Virus genome (UHGV): UHGV-0253772
DNA from: a virus
Length of the DNA: 44,914 nt
Strand: one strand, 5' to 3'
The first letter of the stretch is position 1. Each line of letters begins with the position of its first letter. The translations under genes were made by a program, and so were the position numbers. Shown here in pieces: positions 37,216 to 44,914 of this stretch. The notes under the pieces are model-generated. The model was not told where the DNA came from. It did not search any database and saw only the letters and a list, made by a program, of their open reading frames with translations.

Positions 37216-37456
37216 ATGTTAGTACCTCTTTTGTATGCTTATTCTTAGCAAGCACGTCTTTCAAATCATTTTTGTAATTGGTGCTCAGTGTAACTAATCC
37301 TTCCTGATAAGCATCTTTAGCAACACTTATCAGCTTCTCATTGTTTAACTCAGCTTCAGCAACTTGGTAGTCTCTGTAAGAGTATCCTCCCCAGACACCC
37401 GCCCCAACTAAGAAAACAATTATGAAAGTAGCTTGACAGAACTCTTTAAATGTCAT
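37109..37456 (-). CDS. putative i-spanin (Rz-like)
   Basis: N-terminal TM helix, helical periplasmic part, overlapped by o-spanin gene; AGGAGA RBS. Confidence 0.5.
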   Translation of the reverse strand: MTFKEFCQATFIIVFLVGAGVWGGYSYRDYQVAEAELNNEKLISVAKDAYQEGLVTLSTNYKNDLKDVLAKNKHTKEVLTYEKTKPEFYNVCVTDNYVRVFNEQSEQYIQKLPSK

Positions 37457-37471
37457 TTAACAATCTCCTGA

Positions 37472-37496
37472 AATGAAAAAGGCTCCCGAAGGAGCC
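37472..37496 (-). terminator. rho-independent terminator
   Basis: minus-strand GGCUCC-UUCG-GGAGCC hairpin followed by U5. Confidence 0.65.
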
Positions 37497-37508
37497 TGTA
37501 TCTTAACC

Positions 37509-37973
37509 TTAACCGAGGACTTTAGCAAGGATATTCGCAGCCATCGAAGAAGCTTTTGCAGCAGCAACTACGCCAGCTTTGACAGTGCTATCCTTAATAG
37601 CAGATACCGTTGCAGCATCAGTAAAGAGATAAGTGATTGTTTTAGAACCACTTGTAAAGGAAAGCATAAGAGTAGTTTCCAGATTGAAAGAGCGATACGG
37701 AGCACCTTCTTTAACGATACCTTCAGCACCTAACTCTGAAGCCTTACCCATATCATAGATAGTCATCAGGTTTTCTTTGTGTGCAGTCGTTGAACCAGCA
37801 CCTTTTACGTGCTTTTTAACATTCAACAATGCACGATATTCACGAATGCTGCCATCAGCTTTTACATTAACAGCACGAAAAATTTTACCTTCAAAGTTAC
37901 CTTGAATCATTTTACGAACTACTTCAGATTTGTTTGCCGTAACGTCCAGTGCTACCGTGATGATATTGTTCAT
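37509..37973 (-). CDS. hypothetical protein
   Basis: ATG at 37973; the ORF-track start at 37988 is a TTG. Confidence 0.5.
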   Translation of the reverse strand: MNNIITVALDVTANKSEVVRKMIQGNFEGKIFRAVNVKADGSIREYRALLNVKKHVKGAGSTTAHKENLMTIYDMGKASELGAEGIVKEGAPYRSFNLETTLMLSFTSGSKTITYLFTDAATVSAIKDSTVKAGVVAAAKASSMAANILAKVLG

Positions 37974-37984
37974 AAGTTTTTCTC

Positions 37985-38680
37985 TCAATGTTTAACTAAC
38001 ATGGTTTTAATGTGTGGAAGGATTCTGTTTACCTTCTGAACATTCTTCTCTGTATCTTCTATAAAACATACTATATTAAAGTAAGGCAGAATGCAAGACT
38101 GAATCATCCTCACTTTCAAACTTTCTGCACTTATAGAATTATTCCCAAAACCACGCATAAAAAGCATGTAGTCATGCTCTGTGTTATGCCTTAAAAACAT
38201 CTCAGTAGGTATTCTCTGAGATTCACCTCTGGCTGTCAAGAGTCCAATGGCAGCATGATTAGCAATTGCATCAATAATATTGAAAACATACGTTGGTTTT
38301 GCTCTTACAGAGTCAAGAAGATTAGTGTACTGTGAAAATGACCCATCAATCAATTCTGTTGAGCAATCTTCGTGATTAAAATTTGTAAGAACACCATCAA
38401 TATCTGCTAAGATGAGGTTACCTTTTTCTACAAGGTCTTTATTGACTATGACTAAACTGTCACGTCTTACACCTATAGATTGTCCAGTCTCTTTGTCCAC
38501 AACGTTCACAATTGATTCTGAAGTGTGGAACTCTTCAAGTGAACATACAACTTCTCTTGCAGTATCTTCAAAATCCCTGCACTGTTCTGAAGTCCATACA
38601 CAGGAATCAAGACCTAACTCATGAGGGTGCAAGTCGTAAGCATGACACAGGACTTCATCAGACTTTCTTAATTTTTTCAT
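37985..38680 (-). CDS. HAD-superfamily hydrolase, 5'(3')-deoxyribonucleotidase-like
   Basis: motif I LADIDGVLTNF (DxDGV) in the C-terminal half. Confidence 0.5.
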   Translation of the reverse strand: MKKLRKSDEVLCHAYDLHPHELGLDSCVWTSEQCRDFEDTAREVVCSLEEFHTSESIVNVVDKETGQSIGVRRDSLVIVNKDLVEKGNLILADIDGVLTNFNHEDCSTELIDGSFSQYTNLLDSVRAKPTYVFNIIDAIANHAAIGLLTARGESQRIPTEMFLRHNTEHDYMLFMRGFGNNSISAESLKVRMIQSCILPYFNIVCFIEDTEKNVQKVNRILPHIKTMLVKH

Positions 38681-39206
38681 GGTTTACCTTAGAAATGTTT
38701 GTTGCAAATTCACATTGAGCAATAACTTTCATGTTGTTATAGACATCTTGAGAATATTTCTTAGCTTTAGGAATTTTGTATGAATACCCAGCATTATAAG
38801 ATGCTAAAACTTTTTGTAAAGTCTTCTTTGACTTTGGCTGACCATGTACCTTTGTCCAAAACTCAAGCTCTTTATGCGTTTCTTTTGCGGCATAATCAAA
38901 ATCTTTTAAAAGTTTCTTTTTAGCCACATTAGGACTAATTTTGTTACGCTTTACAACAGTCTTCAAGTGATTCTGGAAAATACCATAGTCATGTGTCTTT
39001 TTATTCTCTACCTTCAGACCTAACTCTGACTCTTGTAAGGCTATAGCAGCTAGAGTGATACCCCAACCTTTACCCATATTATTCTCACCATACTGGTAAG
39101 CTTTTAACATGTTTACTTTTTGGCTAATTGATAGCTCTGGGCAGTCAACTGCATAAGATAAGTGTGCTGTAAACATTAAGCACAAACCTAGAATCAATTT
39201 CTTCAT
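38658..39206 (-). CDS. secreted lytic transglycosylase (SLT domain)
   Basis: signal peptide MKKLILGLCLMFTAHLSYA; catalytic-region motifs AIALQESELG and SYNAG. Confidence 0.65.
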   Translation of the reverse strand: MKKLILGLCLMFTAHLSYAVDCPELSISQKVNMLKAYQYGENNMGKGWGITLAAIALQESELGLKVENKKTHDYGIFQNHLKTVVKRNKISPNVAKKKLLKDFDYAAKETHKELEFWTKVHGQPKSKKTLQKVLASYNAGYSYKIPKAKKYSQDVYNNMKVIAQCEFATNISKVNHEKIKKV

Positions 39207-39265
39207 TGGTTCTCCTGTTTAGTTTATCGTGACAACAATTATACAGTACTCTGCACAAAATACAA

Positions 39266-39290
39266 ATAAAAAAGGACCGCCGAAGCAGCC
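39266..39290 (-). terminator. rho-independent terminator
   Basis: minus-strand GGCUGC-UUCG-GCGGUC hairpin (two G-U pairs) followed by U6. Confidence 0.5.
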
Positions 39291-39307
39291 TTTTAAGAAA
39301 TTACTTA

Positions 39308-40417
39308 TTAGATTTCACGTTTACGTTGAGAGATGAGTTCACCAGCAGTGCCAACGATGACATGCAAAGCTTCGGCCTTACCATCCCATGCTTTCAGCAC
39401 TTTACGTTGATTATCAACGATTGCTGTAACTTCATAACGAGAGGAACGCATCTTCATATCGTTGTAATCAGTTGGGACAGACACAACATCTCGTGGATGG
39501 ACACGAACCTTCAGGATTGTATCGCCTGAGAAGCAACGAACATAATCCCAAGCACCAACATGAAGACCTTGAGAGCAAGTCACGTTACGGTTATTATCAA
39601 CCATCCAACGTGGCATTTCTACAATGTTACCCAAATCATTAGGTACTTTGTATGTGCGGGAGTCAACCAGCTTGCCTTCATGAGTAGAGACTTTCTTCCA
39701 ACCAATGATGTAACCTTCTTCATCAATTTCAACATCAAGGTGAGATACGAAGCCCCAAAGTTGTTCTACAGAGTCTTTAGATGGGTTTTCCATCAGTTTT
39801 TCGAAGAACATTACAAGTCGTTCAAAGCCTTTATCACCAGTCTTCATCATGTGAAGAATACGGTCAACCAGAGTAGAACGCATCTCAACAGCACCGTAGA
39901 ATAACTTGTCACCTTTGATTGTGATAGCACCCTGAGTGAAGTTTTCGATAGACTTACGAATGTTCATCAGTTCAAAGGCTTTCTTGAACTCACCTTTCAC
40001 AACATGAACTACAATCTCTTGATAGTTCGGATGAGTAGACTCAACAATTTCAGATTCTGAACCGTAAGTCATAATTACAGAGTCACCAGTAATCATGTAC
40101 TCAATCTTGTCATCTTTCTGCATAGCTTCATGCAGTTTATTTACCGGAGCTTTCTGTACAGAATCTTTAACAACCTTTTCAACTGGCTTGTCAGCTTTCT
40201 TTTTAAAGGTCTTAGCAACTTGTTTCAAAGTCTTTGTAGCTGGTGTAGAAGTTGCCTTCTTCTTCCCTTTTAAGGTTGCTTCATGACGCTCTACAGCACG
40301 ACCGACTGAACGGGTTGAAGTATTGAATTTCTGTGCAATAGCTGTTTTGGTCAGCTTACCTTCTTTAACCAGTTTGTAAATTTCTGCGTCAATCTGTGCT
40401 TTAGTTTTAGTAGTCAT
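39308..40417 (-). CDS. rIIB-like protein (tentative)
   Basis: 369 aa ORF immediately downstream of the rIIA-like gene; assignment by synteny and size only. Confidence 0.35.
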   Translation of the reverse strand: MTTKTKAQIDAEIYKLVKEGKLTKTAIAQKFNTSTRSVGRAVERHEATLKGKKKATSTPATKTLKQVAKTFKKKADKPVEKVVKDSVQKAPVNKLHEAMQKDDKIEYMITGDSVIMTYGSESEIVESTHPNYQEIVVHVVKGEFKKAFELMNIRKSIENFTQGAITIKGDKLFYGAVEMRSTLVDRILHMMKTGDKGFERLVMFFEKLMENPSKDSVEQLWGFVSHLDVEIDEEGYIIGWKKVSTHEGKLVDSRTYKVPNDLGNIVEMPRWMVDNNRNVTCSQGLHVGAWDYVRCFSGDTILKVRVHPRDVVSVPTDYNDMKMRSSRYEVTAIVDNQRKVLKAWDGKAEALHVIVGTAGELISQRKREI

Positions 40418-40496
40418 CTTATTACTCTCTCTTGTTAGTTAATAAATCATTTTGTGAGGTTATTCTAAGGGGCTTTGAAGCCCCTTGTCAAACATT

Positions 40497-42863
40497 TTAA
40501 TCGTAAATTGTAGTCCCTTCTGGAACACACTTCACATCAAAGCCTAAGAACTTACTCACTTCGATAGGTGACACTTTATTCCAATCTAAATGAGAAAGCA
40601 AGAAGTTTTCTTGTTTTCTTTTTGAAAGATAGTTTGTCACCTTAATAACCATACGGTCACCAGCTTTCTTAATTTTATTGTACAGCTTTGTATCGTTGTC
40701 AAGGCATTCTTTCAAAGTTTGCAATCTACTAACAGTGTAAGTGTATGCAAACGGTGCAGCAACGTATTGGATTTTACCAAACATTGCCTCTACAGCCTCT
40801 TCATTACCTTCTAGGAAGATAGTTTTGTTTGTATCCCGTGAATAGCAATAACCACGAGAAATCTTCCTGTTATTGAATGTAAAGTTTCTGGCAATAATCC
40901 AGCTACTTGTAAGGTCAAGAACACCATTCATATAGATACGTGTCATATACCTGTTATGATTAATCCAATGAACATCAGTTAAGCTGTCGTTCAAGAGCTT
41001 CTCATCTACTTCAATCCAGTCTTCTGGTATCTTTTTCCAATTTGCTTTTCGGAAAACATATACTGTCTTTCCAATGACATTGGCAACTGACTTAGCTACA
41101 TCTTCTGGAGATGAGCAAAAACATTCGCCATCAACTGTGTCGCCTACTGCCTTAATATAAAGCTGAGGCTCTTCAATCGTATCTAAGTCTTCTGACACCT
41201 CTTTGTATGAAGCTACACCTTCTGCTGGAACAGCTTTCCAGAGTTTTACAACACCTCTTACAGCTTCTTTACGCTGATAATGGTGTTCCTTATCAGACAT
41301 CTTCACAATCTTTAACAAGCTTTTATCAAGTTTGTGTAGATTGATTAAGTCATCTAACTCTTTTTCAGTAGAGAATACAAAGACAATACCATTGTATCTG
41401 TGAAACAGACTTGACTCACTGGCATAGTCTCGACATGCACCACGCAAGATTTGGTTGCGTCCTACAGTCTTCTCAGTACCGTTTTTATTGCGACGGTCAT
41501 TTATAACAAACAAAAACTGTTCAATTTGGCTTTTACGCATTGCGCCAAAGATATTGAACATGCTTGCCTCTTGAGTGTAGGAAAGTGCTGTTGCACGAAT
41601 CTTACTCTCTAAAGAGTTGAACTTGACATAAGCAACTGGTTCATAAAGGTAATCTACTTTAGGTATGTTGTTCCCTTTGCTGTCAACCTTAATATTACCT
41701 TTACCATCACGTTCATAAATGACTGAACCGTCTTCTGCGTAGATAATTCCACGACGAATGTTTAGTAATTCTTCTTCCAGAGAATCAAGCTTAACACCAC
41801 CCCACTCTAGCTTTGGACACACAGCATTAAACATCTCTCGTGAGTTCAAACGTAACTCAGCATAAGCCTGTGCAGCATCCATGAGTGTAGGTTGGTTATT
41901 AACACCCTTAATAACGTCCCTTGTGATTGCTTCAGTTATCTTTTTAGTAGCCTCGATGATAACATTTTTTGTCGTGTCATTCATCTGCAATGCTTCACGA
42001 GAAGCTGCAATAGCAACTGAACCAATAGGCATGTAGATGTTTACAAGGTCTACGCTCCTACGGAAAAATTCTGGCAAGACTTTGAAGAAATCATCGCCAA
42101 GTAACGCTTCCATGTTAACTGGATAGGCAATATTACCCATCACCACATTAAACTCTGTCCTGTTATCGCTAGAGCGCCAACTTAGCTTATGAATCATGGC
42201 ATCATAAACACCCTCTTCACGAGCAATGACGTTCATATCTGCTAATACATCGTCGTACACAATATTACTTTCTGGTTTTACAGCAAAGTATGAGTATACA
42301 TTACCAGCTTCTTCAAAGAACTTTGAGATACGATGGTCAGCAACTGCTACACGTACAGCTAAACCATTAGGTTCTTTTGTTGGGTTAGTGGTCAGCTTGG
42401 TTACTTGAGGGATACCATTCTCAAGATAAACAGAGTATTTATTAACAACACCATCAACGTAGCTAGATACTGTGAATGACTGAGCAATCGCAAACGGTGA
42501 CTTTGAACCGATACCCATTGCACCAATGTAGTCATTAGAGTCATTCTTTGTAGAAGCCCCGTAGTTTAGGTACAAACTCATAACTTTATCATGAGTTAAT
42601 CCAGTTCCAAAATCACGAACTTCAAAGTAAGGCTCAAAACGAGTAGGTAAATGCACATGGAACGGGATGTTCTCTTTTCCAGCTTCTTTCTGAGCATCTA
42701 CTGCGTTACATGACAGTTCACGAATAACTGCCCTTTCTTTAAATGTGTATACACCAGAACTCAAAAGGCTGAACATTTCAGGTGTCATTGTAATCTGTGC
42801 TTGAGACGTCTCTAAAGAAGTTGAACTCTTAATCACTTCTGCGTGGTCGTTTACCATGCGCAT
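40497..42863 (-). CDS. rIIA-like protein with N-terminal GHKL-type ATPase fold
   Basis: N-box ELSCNAVDA, G1 box RDFGTGL, G2 box GAMGIGSKS near the N-terminus; 788 aa. Confidence 0.55.
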   Translation of the reverse strand: MRMVNDHAEVIKSSTSLETSQAQITMTPEMFSLLSSGVYTFKERAVIRELSCNAVDAQKEAGKENIPFHVHLPTRFEPYFEVRDFGTGLTHDKVMSLYLNYGASTKNDSNDYIGAMGIGSKSPFAIAQSFTVSSYVDGVVNKYSVYLENGIPQVTKLTTNPTKEPNGLAVRVAVADHRISKFFEEAGNVYSYFAVKPESNIVYDDVLADMNVIAREEGVYDAMIHKLSWRSSDNRTEFNVVMGNIAYPVNMEALLGDDFFKVLPEFFRRSVDLVNIYMPIGSVAIAASREALQMNDTTKNVIIEATKKITEAITRDVIKGVNNQPTLMDAAQAYAELRLNSREMFNAVCPKLEWGGVKLDSLEEELLNIRRGIIYAEDGSVIYERDGKGNIKVDSKGNNIPKVDYLYEPVAYVKFNSLESKIRATALSYTQEASMFNIFGAMRKSQIEQFLFVINDRRNKNGTEKTVGRNQILRGACRDYASESSLFHRYNGIVFVFSTEKELDDLINLHKLDKSLLKIVKMSDKEHHYQRKEAVRGVVKLWKAVPAEGVASYKEVSEDLDTIEEPQLYIKAVGDTVDGECFCSSPEDVAKSVANVIGKTVYVFRKANWKKIPEDWIEVDEKLLNDSLTDVHWINHNRYMTRIYMNGVLDLTSSWIIARNFTFNNRKISRGYCYSRDTNKTIFLEGNEEAVEAMFGKIQYVAAPFAYTYTVSRLQTLKECLDNDTKLYNKIKKAGDRMVIKVTNYLSKRKQENFLLSHLDWNKVSPIEVSKFLGFDVKCVPEGTTIYD

Positions 42864-42891
42864 AATACTTTCCTCTTAGTTTACTGTTAAA

Positions 42892-43068
42892 TTACTTATT
42901 AAACATTTTACCAGAACCACCACACATAGGGCAACAACCTGCTCTTGTATAACCTTCTCCATTACAGAAGTCACATTTTTTGTGCTCTGCATAGTACTTG
43001 CAAAGAAGGTAAACAAACACTGCTACACTACCAAGTGACAGTAAGATTTCTATCCAATATGCTTGCAT
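42892..43068 (-). CDS. small membrane-anchored Cys-rich protein (not in ORF track)
   Basis: 58 aa, MQAYWIEILLSLGSVAVFVYLL then CDFCNGEGYTRAGCCPMCGGSG; GAGGTGA RBS. Confidence 0.4.
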   Translation of the reverse strand: MQAYWIEILLSLGSVAVFVYLLCKYYAEHKKCDFCNGEGYTRAGCCPMCGGSGKMFNK

Positions 43069-43385
43069 GACTCACCTCTCATATTCTTGTAAAGGATAAA
43101 GCTTCTATCATGGACGATACTTGTAGATACTGCAAAGTTACTTTCAAGCATCTGTTTGTTTGGATTGTAGAAGCTTTCTTTAAACTCGTCAAGAGCAAAC
43201 TGGTGATGTTGTGGAAGACCTTTTACACAAACCTTTATTGTGATTGCTGCTGCAACCTTTCCAGTCAGTTCTTCTTTAGCTGCTACTAAAATTTTGTTGA
43301 GGAACTTATGACCATCTTCAGGCTTCTTGATGTTCTCCCAACGTTCTTCTAAGACAATGTTGATGTTCATTTCTTTGATTTTCAT
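43050..43385 (-). CDS. hypothetical protein
   Basis: ATG at 43385 with GGTGA upstream; the ORF-track start at 43397 is a TTG. Confidence 0.5.
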   Translation of the reverse strand: MKIKEMNINIVLEERWENIKKPEDGHKFLNKILVAAKEELTGKVAAAITIKVCVKGLPQHHQFALDEFKESFYNPNKQMLESNFAVSTSIVHDRSFILYKNMRGESCKHIG

Positions 43386-43390
43386 AATTT

Positions 43391-43735
43391 TCACCAAGTC
43401 CAGTTAACGAGTATACCATCAAAACCTTTTGCTAAAGGTACACCCTCATGCTCATAAAATTCAGGATTAACTTCGAATCCACGATTTTCAATATACTCTA
43501 TCATGTATTTCATTACAAAGCTAATCTCTTCGTAGTCCTCTGGGTCTCTGCCAAAGAACTGTTCTATGACAAACATACCTTCTTTTGTAGCAAATTGGCA
43601 GTGGTGATTGTAGATACCTTCACAAAACTTTTCAAACTTTTCTTTACCGAGAACTTCAAGGATGTCTGTATAGGCAACTTGTAAGTATTTCGGTTGTACA
43701 GGTTTCTTGTTAAACCATATGGAAAGGTTGTCCAT
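43391..43735 (-). CDS. hypothetical protein
   Basis: 114 aa ORF. Confidence 0.5.
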   Translation of the reverse strand: MDNLSIWFNKKPVQPKYLQVAYTDILEVLGKEKFEKFCEGIYNHHCQFATKEGMFVIEQFFGRDPEDYEEISFVMKYMIEYIENRGFEVNPEFYEHEGVPLAKGFDGILVNWTW

Positions 43736-43752
43736 AGCATTCTCCAGAAATT

Positions 43753-43773
43753 AAAAAGGCTCCCGTAGGAGCC
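43753..43773 (-). terminator. rho-independent terminator
   Basis: minus-strand GGCUCC-UACG-GGAGCC hairpin followed by U5. Confidence 0.6.
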
Positions 43774-43788
43774 TCTTATCATATACTT

Positions 43789-44914
43789 TTAAAGCTGCTT
43801 GTCAATATTATTTCGAATATCACCAAGAGATGTGTAACCATACTGCTCAGAATCACTAAAGACTAAGCGTAGAGCACAAGCTGGATGTTCAAGTGCATCT
43901 GCAAAGCTTTTGAATCCATAGCCATCTACAGCTTTCAGTTTATCACCATCCCACATAGGTGCTACACCACCAAAAGCAGACTTCTTAACACCACTATCTG
44001 TTTTAGGGTCTTTTGCAAGCATAATCTCTTTACCACCAATGCTTGCAAGAGTTGCTTTAACAGCAAATGCAAAGGTGTCACGAGTCATGTACTGGTAAGT
44101 GTAGGAGCCTACGCCAAACACTACGTTAGAGCTTGCAAAACCCATTTCATACATACGCTTCAGGATTTCGTTTGCACGTTCCAGTGTGATAGAGTCACCA
44201 TAGATAAGGCCAATGTGCTCATCCAGTACCTTAAAACCTTTGGAGTTGATAGTCCCTCCGAAGATGTTATACAGAGTCTTAATAGCTCCATCAATCTCTG
44301 CTACAGGGCGTGTTACAACGTTTGCAGAACCAACCATATAAGCATTTTTCAACATCACTGTATCAGCAACTTCAAAATCTTCTCTGTCAACAACCATTTC
44401 GTAGCCTTCTGACAGTAGCCATCCAGCAATACCATAGCTGATGTTTTCAAGCTTCATATTCATAACAGCATTCAACATTGTGTCGCTGGCTTCAAGCTTA
44501 CTAAGGTGCTCATAATAAGCCTTTTTAGCGCACTCTAAGTGGATTGCTTTATAACCTGTGACAATATGTACAGGGTCTCCAGAGTCAGGACGAATTACCA
44601 GTTTACCGTCACGTTCCATAATCTCTTTGCGAAGTGCTGGTAAGATTTCTGACACAGTTCTCCAGAAGTTATAAGTATCTGAAACAACACTTGCAATACC
44701 AGTCGGGTAAGTCTCTGTTAAGAAACGACGGAAGGTCTGCAACTCACCTTTAAAGCGTCTTTCCTCTTCAATCAATTCATTACCACCTTCCCAAGCAATG
44801 TTTGCACACATTACAGAGTGTTCAGTGGCTGGTACAGAACCACCAATATCAGAGACTTGGTAAGACTGTCCGTAGATGCGTTTAGCTGTATATACAGCAG
44901 GGAAGCTATCAGTC
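43789..44914 (-). CDS. nicotinamide phosphoribosyltransferase (NAMPT), 5'-truncated by window edge
   Basis: RPDSGDP signature of the NAPRTase family; reading frame stays open upstream of the annotated Met to the window end (SVPATEHSV... resembles the NAMPT active-site region). Confidence 0.75.
   Translation of the reverse strand, partial: TDSFPAVYTAKRIYGQSYQVSDIGGSVPATEHSVMCANIAWEGGNELIEEERRFKGELQTFRRFLTETYPTGIASVVSDTYNFWRTVSEILPALRKEIMERDGKLVIRPDSGDPVHIVTGYKAIHLECAKKAYYEHLSKLEASDTMLNAVMNMKLENISYGIAGWLLSEGYEMVVDREDFEVADTVMLKNAYMVGSANVVTRPVAEIDGAIKTLYNIFGGTINSKGFKVLDEHIGLIYGDSITLERANEILKRMYEMGFASSNVVFGVGSYTYQYMTRDTFAFAVKATLASIGGKEIMLAKDPKTDSGVKKSAFGGVAPMWDGDKLKAVDGYGFKSFADALEHPACALRLVFSDSEQYGYTSLGDIRNNIDKQL

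Overview
This 44.9 kb window reads as part of a large virulent tailed phage genome (about 40% GC by eye), with a gene set reminiscent of FelixO1-like myoviruses. All calls below come from reading the sequence and ORF translations by eye; no searches or tools were run. Layout: (1) 108-10891, minus strand: a morphogenesis module with large terminase (Walker A), portal, S49 prohead protease fused to a coiled-coil scaffold tail, decoration-like protein, lambda gpE-like major capsid protein, head-tail connector ORFs, putative tail sheath and tube. (2) 11017-17053, minus strand: a cluster of 27 predicted tRNAs with its own promoter and terminator, interrupted by a few small ORFs including an Hjc-like PD-(D/E)xK nuclease, and followed upstream by a vWA/MIDAS protein with a helical N-terminal domain. 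(3) 19185-27326, plus strand: about 18 small genes including a GH24 endolysin translationally coupled to a protein with three Ig-like domains. (4) 27371-28918: an ORF-free, repeat-dense 1.5 kb region bounded by convergent terminators. (5) 28981-34412, minus strand: 13 small genes separated by 11 copies of a conserved 60-90 bp intergenic cassette in two subtypes. (6) 34872-44914, minus strand: a TARG1/DarG-like macrodomain protein, overlapped spanin pair, HAD-type nucleotidase, secreted lytic transglycosylase, rIIA/rIIB-like pair and a 5'-truncated nicotinamide phosphoribosyltransferase. The strongest candidates for novelty are the macrodomain protein as a possible anti-ADP-ribosylation counter-defence, the repeat-linked small-gene array, the ORF-free repeat region, and the atypical Leu-anticodon tRNAs. 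Coordinates of tRNAs and repeats are approximate to a few nucleotides.
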